A stretch of 29,356 bases of DNA. Origin: Arcobacter sp. Its GTDB lineage: Bacteria; Campylobacterota; Campylobacteria; Campylobacterales; Arcobacteraceae. The position numbers and the translations under genes are program-made. The stretch is from positions 1 through 29,356 of the forward strand of contig CBFIGT010000016.1 in assembly GCA_965662175.1 (NCBI GenBank), in the 5' to 3' direction. This document shows, piece after piece, positions 9,019-19,008 of the stretch (position 1 is the stretch's first letter; each line of letters starts with the position of its first letter). The notes beneath the pieces are model-generated. The model saw nothing but the letters and a program-made list of their open reading frames with translations. It had not been told where the DNA came from and searched no databases.

Positions 9019-10446
9019 ATGGGTAAATTTGTTAACAATACTCAAGAGTTTTTTAAATTTTGTGAAGAGAATGAAGTTAAATTTGTAGATTTTAGATTTA
9101 CAGACATGAAAGGTATGTGGCACCACTTAACTTATATGATGAGCGCAGTTTCTGAGGGTCAATTAGAGGGTGGTATGCCTTTTGATGGTTCATCAGTTGA
9201 TGCTTGGCAACCAATTAATAAATCTGATATGCTTTTAAAACCAGATGTTGAAACTGCATTTTTAGATCCATTTACAGCTGATTCTACTGTTATTGTAATT
9301 TGTGATGTTTATGACATCTATAAAGGTGACATGTATGAAAAATGTCCAAGATCTATTGCTAAAAAAGCTTTAACTCATTTATCTGAGTCAGGTGTTGGTG
9401 ATGTTGCTTATTTTGGACCTGAAAATGAATTCTTTATTTTCGATGATGTAAAAATTATTGATAATATTAATGAGTCTTACTATAAAGTAGATTCAGAAGA
9501 GGGTTGTTGGGCTGATGCTTCATCTATTGATGGTGGAAACACAGGACATAGACCTAGAACTAAAGGTGGATACTTCCCAGTTCAACCAACTGATTCAATG
9601 GTAGATTTAAGAGCTGAAATGATGTTAGTTTTAGAGCAAGTTGGATTAGAGGTTGTTTTAGGACACCACGAAGTTGCACAAGCTCAAGGTGAAATTGGTA
9701 TCGTATTTGGAGACTTAATTGAAGCTGCTGATAACGTACAAAAATATAAATATGTATGTAAAATGGTTGCACATTTAAATGGTAAATCTTGTACATTTAT
9801 GCCAAAACCACTTTATGGTGATAATGGTAATGGTATGCACGTACACCAATCAATTTGGAAAGATGGTAAAAACTTATTCTACAAAGAGGGTGAGTATGGA
9901 AATCTATCTGAAATGGCTAGACATTATGTTGGTGGAATTTTCAAACACGCTAGAGCAGTTGCTGCATTTACAAATCCATCAACTAACTCTTATAAAAGAT
10001 TAATTCCAGGATTTGAAGCACCTTCAATTCTTACTTATTCTTCTCAAAATAGATCAGCTTCTTGTAGAGTTCCTTATGGTGCTGGAGAAAAAGCAACTAG
10101 AGTTGAGATGAGATTCCCAGATTCAACTTCTTGTCCTTACTTAGGATTTGCAGCAATGTTAATGGCTGGACTTGACGGAATTGCAAATAAAATTGAGCCT
10201 GTTGGTCCAATGGATGAAGATTTATTTGAATTACCATTAGATGAGATTAGAGAGAGAAAAATCCCTCAAATGCCTCATACATTAAGAGGTTCATTAGAAG
10301 CTCTAATTAGAGATAATGAGTTCTTACAACCTGTATTTACAAAAGAGATGGTAGATACATATCAACACTATAAATTTGAAACTCAAGTTTGGCCTGACGA
10401 AGCTAGACCAACTGCGTTTGAATTTATGTCAACTTATTCTTGTTAA
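9019..10446 (+). CDS. glnA: Glutamine synthetase type I
   Basis: Motifs [38 protein letters not shown] and EMRFPD. Confidence 0.98.
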   Translation: MGKFVNNTQEFFKFCEENEVKFVDFRFTDMKGMWHHLTYMMSAVSEGQLEGGMPFDGSSVDAWQPINKSDMLLKPDVETAFLDPFTADSTVIVICDVYDIYKGDMYEKCPRSIAKKALTHLSESGVGDVAYFGPENEFFIFDDVKIIDNINESYYKVDSEEGCWADASSIDGGNTGHRPRTKGGYFPVQPTDSMVDLRAEMMLVLEQVGLEVVLGHHEVAQAQGEIGIVFGDLIEAADNVQKYKYVCKMVAHLNGKSCTFMPKPLYGDNGNGMHVHQSIWKDGKNLFYKEGEYGNLSEMARHYVGGIFKHARAVAAFTNPSTNSYKRLIPGFEAPSILTYSSQNRSASCRVPYGAGEKATRVEMRFPDSTSCPYLGFAAMLMAGLDGIANKIEPVGPMDEDLFELPLDEIRERKIPQMPHTLRGSLEALIRDNEFLQPVFTKEMVDTYQHYKFETQVWPDEARPTAFEFMSTYSC

Positions 10447-10470
10447 TATTTTAAAACTTGAAGTATTGGG

Positions 10471-10503
10471 AAGCTTGGCTCTTTTGAGTCAAGCTTTTTT
10501 TTT
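10471..10503 (+). terminator. glnA intrinsic terminator
   Basis: AAGCTTGGCTC-TTTT-GAGTCAAGCTT hairpin followed by a T-run. Confidence 0.85.
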
Positions 10504-12622
10504 AGAATTGGATTTGATTATTATCCATAATTTGAGGTTTTATAACAGGAAGTTTAGAAGTATCTGTAAAATACTCTTTTTTACCATTTAAAATAGTTGT
10601 TCTTACATTTTCAGGAACAGAAAATTCTCTTTTTAATTCAGGGTGTAGTTTTAAGTAGTTTTCATAGAAATATTTAAAAGCAGGACCTGATGTTCTTCCA
10701 CCTGTTTCACTCTTTCTCATAGGTCTATTATTATCATTTCCAAACCAAACAATAGTTTGCATACTTGGTGTATATCCACAAAACCAAGCATCAATATTGT
10801 TATTTGTAGTTCCTGTTTTTCCAGCAACATCAATACCTTTAACTTTAGCTCGTCTTCCTGTTCCTCTATTTACAGTATCATTTAATATTGTAGTCATTAA
10901 ATATATTTGTTCAGGTGATGTTACAAATCTCTCTTCAGGTTCAAAGGTAATTGTTTGTTTGTATCTATTTGTAATTGAGTTAATTAAATATGGTTTAACT
11001 TGAACTCCATTATTTGAAAACATTGAATAACTTTGAGATAAATCAATAGGTGATATTCCAAAACTTCCTAATGTAATAGATAAATCAAAGGGCATATCCT
11101 CTAAACCATAAGATTTTAGACCTTTATATACAACATCAATTCCAATATCATTAACTAAATTAATTGTTGCAAGGTTTCTTGAGTGAACTAATGCTTCTCT
11201 AAATGAGATTAAACCTTTGTAATTCTCTTCATAGTTTTTAGGTTGCCATCTTTTTTTCTTTTGTTCTTCTTCCTCATATGGTGTTCCATCAGGGTTTAGT
11301 TTTACTTCAACCCCATCAACAATTTTTATTATAGGTTCGATTTTTTCTTCATCTTCGTTTGTTGAAACATTCTCTTTTGCATTATTAGTCTCTTCATCAT
11401 CAAACTCATAAGTTCTAGATATATCAGCAATCATAGTTGCAGGTGAATAACCTAAATCAAGTGCATTTTGGTAAATAAATGGTTTTACAGCAGAACCTGG
11501 TTGTCTTTTACTTTGTACAACTCTATTAAATGAACTTTTTTCATAATCAACTCCACCTAGCATACTTATGATTTTTCCTGTGCTACTTTCAATAGTAATA
11601 AATCCACCATTTAATGTTTTAGTGTAAGACTCCTCTTCTTCTATTAACTCAATTGGAATAAGATCTAAATCTTTGAACTTTTGGGATTTAAAATACTCAT
11701 CTCTTTTTATAATTCCATCATATGCAACTTTTAATGCCTCTCTAGCAATTTCTTGGGCTTTTAAATCAATTGTTAGATTTATTGTATAACCCTCTTGTTT
11801 TATATTAGGAATACTTTTGCTTAACTCTTTAAATGCATAATCAACAATATAAGGAGCTTGATTTAATGTTAATGTTTGATTATAAACATCAGGAGTGAAA
11901 TCAATAGCTTCTGTGAACTCTGTATTATTAATCCAACCAAGAGTTTTAAGTCTTTTTACAACTTGATTAGCTCTTGCTAGTGAAAATTTTAAATTTCTAG
12001 TTGGGTCATAAAAACTAGGTGCTTTTGGTAATCCAACTAATATTGCAATCTCTTTTAAAGATAACTCATAAAGCTCTTTTTTAAAATACCCAAGTGCAGC
12101 TGTTTTAATTCCATAATATCCATGACCAAAATATACTTGATTTAAATATCTCTCTAAAATTTGCTCTTTTGTTAGAATTTGTTCAACTCTAATTGCTAAT
12201 AATGCTTCTTTAATTTTTCTCATTATTTTCTTTTCTCTACTTAAAAGTAGAGTTTTAACTAATTGTTGAGTTAAAGTACTAGCTCCCTCAACTAATTTTC
12301 TAGCTTTGATATCTTTTAAAATAGCTCTAATTATTGCATCAGGATTAACCCCATTGTGTTCAAAAAACTGAGTATCTTCAATTGCAAGTAAGGCTTCAAT
12401 TACCCTTGGTGGAATATCATCATAATCAACATATAATCTATTCTCTTTTTCAAAAATATTTGCTACAAGTTCACCATTTTTATCATAAAATTGTGTTGTT
12501 AAAGGTGGTTTATAATTTATAACTTCATCAATATCAAATCTAATGTTTAAATATAAATAAATAAGCCAAGAGAAGATGGCTAAGACAATTAGTGTAATAA
12601 TTCCAAATATATATTTCAACAT
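10502..12622 (-). CDS. mrcA: Class A bifunctional penicillin-binding protein 1A
   Basis: Glycosyltransferase motifs EDTQFFEHNG, GASTLTQQ and RKIKE. Transpeptidase motifs PGSAVK, SRN and KTGT. Confidence 0.93.
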   Translation of the reverse strand: MLKYIFGIITLIVLAIFSWLIYLYLNIRFDIDEVINYKPPLTTQFYDKNGELVANIFEKENRLYVDYDDIPPRVIEALLAIEDTQFFEHNGVNPDAIIRAILKDIKARKLVEGASTLTQQLVKTLLLSREKKIMRKIKEALLAIRVEQILTKEQILERYLNQVYFGHGYYGIKTAALGYFKKELYELSLKEIAILVGLPKAPSFYDPTRNLKFSLARANQVVKRLKTLGWINNTEFTEAIDFTPDVYNQTLTLNQAPYIVDYAFKELSKSIPNIKQEGYTINLTIDLKAQEIAREALKVAYDGIIKRDEYFKSQKFKDLDLIPIELIEEEESYTKTLNGGFITIESSTGKIISMLGGVDYEKSSFNRVVQSKRQPGSAVKPFIYQNALDLGYSPATMIADISRTYEFDDEETNNAKENVSTNEDEEKIEPIIKIVDGVEVKLNPDGTPYEEEEQKKKRWQPKNYEENYKGLISFREALVHSRNLATINLVNDIGIDVVYKGLKSYGLEDMPFDLSITLGSFGISPIDLSQSYSMFSNNGVQVKPYLINSITNRYKQTITFEPEERFVTSPEQIYLMTTILNDTVNRGTGRRAKVKGIDVAGKTGTTNNNIDAWFCGYTPSMQTIVWFGNDNNRPMRKSETGGRTSGPAFKYFYENYLKLHPELKREFSVPENVRTTILNGKKEYFTDTSKLPVIKPQIMDNNQIQF

Positions 12623-12625
12623 ATT

Positions 12626-13321
12626 TTATTCCCTAAATTTTTTATTTTTAAAATCTGAATTAATTAACTCTTTTGTATATTCATGGCTAGGATTATTTAA
12701 AATATCTTTAGTTTTTCCAGATTCAATTATTTTACCATTTTTCAAAATTACAATATCTTCACAAATATTTTCTATAGAGAATATATCATGGGTGACAAAA
12801 AGCATTTTTAGATTTAACTCTTTTTGAAGATTTTCTAATAAAGTTAATATTAATTCTTTGTTTTTACTATCAAGTGCTGTTGTTGGTTCATCTAATAATA
12901 GAAGTTTTGGATTTTGGCTCAAAGCAATAGCTATTACAACTCTTTGAAGTTGTCCACCACTTAGTTGGGATGGAAATCTATTTAATACCCATTGTTCTAA
13001 ACCAACTTTATTTAAAACTTCTATTTTGATATTTTCCTCACAAAAAAACTGTTTAGATATTTTTGTAAGAGGTGAGAGAGAAGTAAAAGGATTTTGTGGA
13101 ATAAAGGCAATATTTTTTTTATTTAATTCAAACTGGGATTTAATATTTATAGTAATATCTAAATTATTAGGAATTAAATTTAAAATAGCTTTTAATGTTA
13201 AAGATTTACCACTTCCACTTTGTCCTATTAATGAGGTTGAATTATTTATGTCAAAACTTATATTTACTAACTCTTTATTTTTATCTTTTATGGTTAAATT
13301 TGATATTTCTATTTTTGACAT
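12626..13321 (-). CDS. ABC transporter ATP-binding protein (Opp/Dpp/Nik-like)
   Basis: Walker A GQSGSGKS, signature LSGGQ, Walker B LLLLDEPT, THD, and C-terminal P.HEYT. Confidence 0.9.
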   Translation of the reverse strand: MSKIEISNLTIKDKNKELVNISFDINNSTSLIGQSGSGKSLTLKAILNLIPNNLDITINIKSQFELNKKNIAFIPQNPFTSLSPLTKISKQFFCEENIKIEVLNKVGLEQWVLNRFPSQLSGGQLQRVVIAIALSQNPKLLLLDEPTTALDSKNKELILTLLENLQKELNLKMLFVTHDIFSIENICEDIVILKNGKIIESGKTKDILNNPSHEYTKELINSDFKNKKFRE

Positions 13322-13335
13322 AAATATTTCTTTGC

Positions 13336-14811
13336 TTATACTAAAGCTTCATCCATTTCACTTGGTATTTCTAAGTTCATAAGTTTTAAAACAGTAGGTG
13401 CTATATTATTTAAACTTCCCTCTTTAACTTCTTGAACTCCATTTGCCGCAACAAAACAGTAAACATCTCCAACTGTATGATTAGTTAAGGTATTACCCTC
13501 ACTATCTCTCATCATTTCACAATTTCCATGGTCAGATGTTAGTATTAAATTGTAGTTTTTCTCTTTTGCTTTTTCTAAAATAAGACCAAGCTCAGTATCA
13601 ACAGCCTCAACAGCTTTTATTCCAGCTTCAAAAACACCTGTATGTCCAACCATATCACCATTTGCAAAGTTTACAACAATAAAATCAAACTCTTCATCCA
13701 TTGCTTTTCTAACAGCTTCACCAACAGCTGGAGCACTCATTTCAGGTTTTTCATCATAAGTAGCAACATTAGGTGATGGGATTAAAACTCTAGTTTCATT
13801 TAAAAATGGTTCTTCAACTCCACCATTAAAGAAAAATGTTACATGGGCATATTTTTCTGTTTCAGCTGTATGAAGCTGTTTTAGTCCTGCATTTGAAATA
13901 GTTTCAGCCAAACTATTTTTTGGAATCTCTTTTGGAAAAAGTACAGGAAGAGGGAAGTTTTTATCGTATTCAGTCATTGTTGCAATATTTAAGTTTTTCT
14001 CAACTCTTGGAAAAGATGAAAACTCTTTATTTGCTATAGCATTTGACATCTCTCTCATTCTATCACTTCTAAAGTTACAAAAAATCATTGCATCATTCTC
14101 TTCAAATCCCTTGTATCCATTTAGTGAAGCTGGAACAATAAACTCATCTAAAATCTCATCTTTATATGAAGAGTCTATGTATTCATTGATGTTTTTGTCT
14201 GATTTTGGAAGTCCCAAGGCAATTGCATCATAAGCTTTTTTAACTCTATCCCATCTATTATCCCTATCCATTGCATAATAACGTCCTGAAATTGTAGCAA
14301 TTGAGATATCTTCATCACAAATATTTTCTATTTGTGATGTATACTCTTTAGCACAATTTGGAGCAACATCTCTACCATCTGTTATTATATGTATTAATAC
14401 TTTTTTTCCTAAACTTTTTGCTAATTTTGCAAAACCAATAATATGATTTATATGAGAATGAACTCCTCCATCACTAACTAATCCTAAAAGATGAATATTA
14501 TTTGATTTATTTATTGTATTAATTAAAAGCTCATTATCTTTTAATGTATCTTTTTCTATTGCTAAATTTATTTTTACTAAATCTTGATATAAAACTCTAC
14601 CACTACCTATACTCATATGTCCAACTTCACTATTTCCCATTTGTCCATCAGGAAGTCCTACATGGGTTCCATAGGTGTGAATAAGGGAATAGGGTACATT
14701 TTTAAATAGATAATCATATGTTGGTGCATTTGCATTTTTTAGTGCATTAAAATTTGATGAATCATTATGTCCAATACCGTCTGTTATTACTAGAATAGTT
14801 TTATTAGTCAT
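13336..14811 (-). CDS. gpmI: 2,3-bisphosphoglycerate-independent phosphoglycerate mutase
   Basis: Motifs [40 protein letters not shown] and SDHGN. Confidence 0.98.
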   Translation of the reverse strand: MTNKTILVITDGIGHNDSSNFNALKNANAPTYDYLFKNVPYSLIHTYGTHVGLPDGQMGNSEVGHMSIGSGRVLYQDLVKINLAIEKDTLKDNELLINTINKSNNIHLLGLVSDGGVHSHINHIIGFAKLAKSLGKKVLIHIITDGRDVAPNCAKEYTSQIENICDEDISIATISGRYYAMDRDNRWDRVKKAYDAIALGLPKSDKNINEYIDSSYKDEILDEFIVPASLNGYKGFEENDAMIFCNFRSDRMREMSNAIANKEFSSFPRVEKNLNIATMTEYDKNFPLPVLFPKEIPKNSLAETISNAGLKQLHTAETEKYAHVTFFFNGGVEEPFLNETRVLIPSPNVATYDEKPEMSAPAVGEAVRKAMDEEFDFIVVNFANGDMVGHTGVFEAGIKAVEAVDTELGLILEKAKEKNYNLILTSDHGNCEMMRDSEGNTLTNHTVGDVYCFVAANGVQEVKEGSLNNIAPTVLKLMNLEIPSEMDEALV

Positions 14812-14840
14812 GGCTTAAACCTTTTAAAATTATTGTTATT

Positions 14841-14860
14841 ATATAATCCGACGATTATAT
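14841..14860. promoter_or_regulatory. Inverted pair of -10 boxes for mraY and gpmI
   Basis: ATATAATC-CGAC-GATTATAT gives TATAAT on the + strand (14842-14847) and the - strand (14854-14859). Confidence 0.55.
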
Positions 14861-14878
14861 CCAAATGAAGGTTTAAAT

Positions 14879-15940
14879 TTGTTTTATTGGTTTTATAGAC
14901 ATCTTGATATTAATATTTTTCAATATATCTCAGTTCGAGCAGGACTTGCTTTTTTAATCTCTTTTGCATTAACAATGTATCTCTTGCCAAAATTTATTAA
15001 ATGGGCAAAAAATAAAAAAGCTAATCAGCCTATTTATGAACATGCACCAAAATCCCACCAAGAAAAATCAGGAACTCCTACAATGGGAGGAGTTGTATTT
15101 ATTTTTGCTACTATTATAGCTACTGTATTAACAGCAAAGTTAAATAATTATTATGTTGCAATTGGAATTTTAACTTTAGTTTTATTTTCATTAATTGGAA
15201 TAAAAGATGATATTTCAAAGATTTTTAAAAAAAGTAATTCAGCTGGTTTAAGCTCTAGGGCTAAACTATTTTTGCAAACAGTATCTGGTTTTATTATTGC
15301 TGCTTCTTTGTACCATTATGGACATACTACTGATTTATTTACTCCATTTTATAAGTTACCACTTTTTGATATGGGTATTTTTGCTATTGCATTTTGGATG
15401 ATTGTAATGGTTTCAACCTCTAATGCTGTTAATTTAACAGATGGTTTAGATGGTTTAGCAACAGTTCCATCTATTATTTCATTTTTTACCCTTTCAGCTA
15501 TTGTATATGTTTCAGGTCATGCAATTTTCTCTTCATATTTATTAATAGCAAATATTAAAGAAGCAGGTGAACTTACTATTTTAGGTTCATCATTAATTGG
15601 GGCTTTAATTGCCTTTTTGTGGTACAACTCTCATCCTGCTGAAGTTTTTATGGGAGATAGTGGCTCTTTACCTTTAGGGGCTGTGATGGCTTATATGGCT
15701 ATTGTTGGAAAAAGTGAGATACTATTACTTGTTATTGGTTTAATATTTGTAATAGAGACTGTATCTGTAATACTTCAAGTAGGTTCATATAAAATTAGAC
15801 AAAAAAGAGTTTTTTTAATGGCACCTATTCATCACCACTTTGAACATAGAGGTTGGAAAGAGAATAAGATTATTGTTAGATTTTGGATAATCTCATTTAT
15901 GGCAAATCTATTTGCATTATTAAGTTTTAAATTAAGATAG
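14879..15940 (+). CDS. mraY: Phospho-N-acetylmuramoyl-pentapeptide transferase
   Basis: Motifs [25 protein letters not shown] and [12 protein letters not shown] start with GAAGG Shine-Dalgarno. Confidence 0.98.
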   Translation: MFYWFYRHLDINIFQYISVRAGLAFLISFALTMYLLPKFIKWAKNKKANQPIYEHAPKSHQEKSGTPTMGGVVFIFATIIATVLTAKLNNYYVAIGILTLVLFSLIGIKDDISKIFKKSNSAGLSSRAKLFLQTVSGFIIAASLYHYGHTTDLFTPFYKLPLFDMGIFAIAFWMIVMVSTSNAVNLTDGLDGLATVPSIISFFTLSAIVYVSGHAIFSSYLLIANIKEAGELTILGSSLIGALIAFLWYNSHPAEVFMGDSGSLPLGAVMAYMAIVGKSEILLLVIGLIFVIETVSVILQVGSYKIRQKRVFLMAPIHHHFEHRGWKENKIIVRFWIISFMANLFALLSFKLR

Positions 15941-15945
15941 GTGAA

Positions 15946-17100
15946 GTGATGAGAGTTTTAGGAAAAGGTATAACAGCACTTTCAATAAAAGAGAAGTTTC
16001 AAGATGCAATATTATATGATGATAGTGATTTTGATACATATGATAAAAGTAGCGATGATATAACAGTTGTAAGTCCTGGAATAATGCCATCAAATAAAAT
16101 GGTAAAAGAAAGCAATAATTTAATAAGTGAGTATGACTTATTTAAAGATGATATGCCTTTTTCAATTTGGATATCAGGAACAAATGGAAAAACAACCACA
16201 ACCCAAATGATGCAACATCTTTTGAAAAAAAGAGGAAGTGTTTGTGGTGGAAATATAGGAACACCTTTAGCTAAATTAGATAAAGAGGCTAATATATGGA
16301 TTTTAGAGACCTCCTCTTTTACTTTACACTATACAAATAAAGCAAAAGCAAATTTATATATACTTTTACCTATATCTGAGGATCATATTACTTGGCATGG
16401 TTCCTTTGATGAGTATAAAAAAGCAAAGTTAAAACCTTTGGATTTTATGTGCGAGGGTGAGATAGCTATTGTACCTGATGAGTTTAAAGATTATAAAACA
16501 AAAGCAACATTAATAACATATAAGAGCAGTGATTGTTTGTGTGAAGAGTTTAGTATTGATAAATCAAAACTAAAATTTTCTGAACCATTTTTATTGGATT
16601 CAATTTTGGCTCTTGCTAGTTCTAAAATTTTATTTGATGAAATTGATTATGATTTAATGAATGAGTTTATAATAGATAAACATAAAGTAGAAAACTATTT
16701 TGATAGAAAAAATAGATTATGGATTGATGATAGTAAAGCAACAAATGTAGATGCAACAATTAATGCCTTAAAATCTTTTAAAGAGAATGATATACATATT
16801 ATTCTTGGAGGAGATGATAAAGGAGCAAATTTAAGACCACTATTTGATGAGTTAATTAAGTATAAAATTACAATATATGCAATTGGTTCTAATGAGAATA
16901 GATTAATAAAGCTAGCAAATGAGTATAAAATTACTTGTTTTCCTATGAAAACAGTAAATAATGCAGTAAAAAAAATAGACTCAAATATGAGCACAAACAG
17001 CGTTGGTATGCTATCTCCAGCTGCTGCATCACTTGATCAATTTAGCTCATACAAACATAGAGGCGAAGAATTTAAAAAAGAAATAGATAATTTAAGCTAG
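15946..17100 (+). CDS. murD: UDP-N-acetylmuramoyl-L-alanine--D-glutamate ligase
   Basis: Motifs VVSPG, SGTNGKTTT, GGNIG, ETSSF, DDSKATN and LSPAAASLDQF. Start is GTG 15946 or ATG 15949. Confidence 0.95.
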   Translation: MMRVLGKGITALSIKEKFQDAILYDDSDFDTYDKSSDDITVVSPGIMPSNKMVKESNNLISEYDLFKDDMPFSIWISGTNGKTTTTQMMQHLLKKRGSVCGGNIGTPLAKLDKEANIWILETSSFTLHYTNKAKANLYILLPISEDHITWHGSFDEYKKAKLKPLDFMCEGEIAIVPDEFKDYKTKATLITYKSSDCLCEEFSIDKSKLKFSEPFLLDSILALASSKILFDEIDYDLMNEFIIDKHKVENYFDRKNRLWIDDSKATNVDATINALKSFKENDIHIILGGDDKGANLRPLFDELIKYKITIYAIGSNENRLIKLANEYKITCFPMKTVNNAVKKIDSNMSTNSVGMLSPAAASLDQFSSYKHRGEEFKKEIDNLS

Positions 17101-17118
17101 AATTAATTAAACAATCAA

Positions 17119-17124
17119 TATAAT
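17119..17124 (+). promoter_or_regulatory. -10 box for the tRNA cluster
   Basis: TATAAT 17 nt upstream of tRNA-Phe. Confidence 0.55.
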
Positions 17125-17141
17125 TTCAGTCCAAAAACGAT

Positions 17142-17217
17142 GGCTCGGTAGCTCAGTCGGTAGAGCAAAGGACTGAAAATCCTTGTGTCGGCAGTTCGAT
17201 TCTGCCCCGCGCCACCA
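17142..17217 (+). tRNA. tRNA-Phe (GAA)
   Basis: 76-nt cloverleaf with anticodon arm AAGGA-CTGAAAA-TCCTT, GTTCGA T-loop and encoded CCA. Confidence 0.97.
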
Positions 17218-17239
17218 TTTTTGTTTAGCACTATCGTGT

Positions 17240-17316
17240 GCTGGTGTAGCTCAGTTGGCTAGAGCAGCTGATTTGTAATCAGCAGGTCGGGGGTTCGACT
17301 CCCTTCACCAGCTCCA
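17240..17316 (+). tRNA. tRNA-Thr (TGT)
   Basis: 77-nt cloverleaf with GCTGA-TTTGTAA-TCAGC and encoded CCA. Confidence 0.97.
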
Positions 17317-17386
17317 TGTAAGTTATAAGTCTGCGAAATCTTCAAATGAAGATCAGCGCTAGACCAGATTAATAATATTTTCAACC

Positions 17387-17471
17387 GGTGAGGTTGGAGA
17401 GTGGTCAAATCCTGCGGATTGTAAATCCGCCGCCTACGGCTTCGAAGGTTCAAATCCTTCCCTCACCACCA
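17387..17471 (+). tRNA. tRNA-Tyr (GTA)
   Basis: 85 nt with a long variable arm, GCGGA-TTGTAAA-TCCGC and encoded CCA. Confidence 0.97.
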
Positions 17472-17479
17472 TTAAATGA

Positions 17480-17556
17480 GCGGGAGTAGCTCAGTTGGCT
17501 AGAGCTTCTGCCTTCCAAGCAGATTGTCGCGAGTTCGAGTCTCGTCTCCCGCTCCA
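17480..17556 (+). tRNA. tRNA-Gly (TCC)
   Basis: 77-nt cloverleaf with TCTGC-CTTCCAA-GCAGA and encoded CCA. Confidence 0.97.
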
Positions 17557-17647
17557 TTTATTTTTTATTGATTCTGGGAGCTGAGTTATTATGCAAAAAT
17601 TGTAACTCTTTTTACAAAATGTAACCTCCTTGTAATCTTTTTTATAG

Positions 17648-17653
17648 TATAAT
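17648..17653 (+). promoter_or_regulatory. Probable internal -10 promoter for tuf
   Basis: TATAAT preceded by T-tracts in the tRNA-Gly/tuf gap. Confidence 0.5.
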
Positions 17654-17791
17654 TGCGACCCATTTATATAATTTAGTTGTAAAATTACACTTAACTTATG
17701 TGAATGTCTCACAAACCCCTCTGAATAGATCAGCTTTTGGGCTTATCTGCTCAGAGGGCAATTTAATTAAATCTTTTAAAGGAAAAATTCT

Positions 17792-19000
17792 ATGGCAAAA
17801 GAAAAATTTGACAGAAGTAAACCACACGTAAATATTGGTACTATTGGTCACGTTGACCACGGTAAAACTACATTGACTGCTGCTATTACTATGTGTTTAG
17901 CATTAAAAAATGGTCAAAAAGCAATGGATTACGATCAAATCGATAACGCTCCAGAAGAGAGAGAAAGAGGAATTACTATTGCTACTTCTCACGTTGAGTA
18001 TGAAACTGAAACTAGACACTACGCACACGTAGACTGTCCAGGTCACGCCGATTACGTTAAAAACATGATTACAGGTGCTGCACAAATGGATGGAGCTATC
18101 TTAGTTATTGCTGCTACTGATGGACCAATGGCACAAACTAGAGAGCATATCTTATTATCTAAACAAGTAGGTGTTCCATACATCGTTGTTTTCTTAAATA
18201 AAGAAGACCAATTAGATGACGAAGATAAAGAAGAGATGTTAGAATTAGTTGAAATGGAAGTTAGAGAGTTACTTTCTGATTATGATTTCCCAGGTGATGA
18301 CACTCCAATTATTGCAGGTTCTGCATTCCAAGCATTAGAAGAAGCTAAAGCAGGTGCTGCTGGTGAATGGGCTGAAAAAATTTATACATTAATGGCTGAA
18401 GTTGATGCATATATCCCAACTCCAGTTAGAGATTCTGATCAAGATTTCTTAATGCCTGTAGAAGACGTATTTACTATCCAAGGTAGAGGTACTGTTGTAA
18501 CTGGTAGAATCGAAAAAGGAACTATTAAATTAGGTGCTGAAATCGAAATCGTTGGAATGAGAGACACTCAAAAAACTACTGTAACAGGTATTGAGATGTT
18601 TAGAAAAGAGATGGACGAAGGTCAAGCTGGTGATAATGCTGGTATCCTTTTAAGAGGTATTAAAAAAGAAGATGTTCAAAGAGGACAAGTTCTTGTTAAG
18701 CCAGGTTCAATTACTCCACATACTGAATTCAGAGGAGAGGTATATATCCTTTCTAAAGAAGAGGGTGGAAGACATACTCCATTCTTCTCAGGATATAGAC
18801 CACAGTTTTATGTAAGAACAACAGACGTAACTGGTTCTTGTACATTACCTGAGGGTACTGAAATGGTTATGCCAGGTGATAACGTAGAAATGACAGTTAG
18901 CTTAGTTGCTCCAATCGCTCTAGAAAAAGGTACTAAGTTTGCTATTAGAGAAGGTGGTAGAACTGTAGGTGCTGGAGTTGTTGCTGAAGTTCTTAAGTAA
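17792..19000 (+). CDS. tuf: Elongation factor Tu
   Basis: Motifs [23 protein letters not shown] and NKED. Confidence 0.99.
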   Translation: MAKEKFDRSKPHVNIGTIGHVDHGKTTLTAAITMCLALKNGQKAMDYDQIDNAPEERERGITIATSHVEYETETRHYAHVDCPGHADYVKNMITGAAQMDGAILVIAATDGPMAQTREHILLSKQVGVPYIVVFLNKEDQLDDEDKEEMLELVEMEVRELLSDYDFPGDDTPIIAGSAFQALEEAKAGAAGEWAEKIYTLMAEVDAYIPTPVRDSDQDFLMPVEDVFTIQGRGTVVTGRIEKGTIKLGAEIEIVGMRDTQKTTVTGIEMFRKEMDEGQAGDNAGILLRGIKKEDVQRGQVLVKPGSITPHTEFRGEVYILSKEEGGRHTPFFSGYRPQFYVRTTDVTGSCTLPEGTEMVMPGDNVEMTVSLVAPIALEKGTKFAIREGGRTVGAGVVAEVLK

Positions 19001-19008
19001 GGATTGAC

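Noticed and set aside
9560..13382. Short alternative ORFs (9560-9796, 9779-10003, 10376-10591, 10797-11003, 12576-12827, 13026-13382)
   Set aside because: They are off-frame or antisense to glnA, PBP1A and the ABC ATPase, with no independent support.
17259..17712. Minus-strand ORFs of 64 and 73 aa
   Set aside because: They are antisense translations of tRNA genes.
17699..17713. TGTGA-N5-TCACA as a CRP site
   Set aside because: The spacer is 5 bp rather than 6, and the site lies downstream of the -10. It is better read as an RNA stem.
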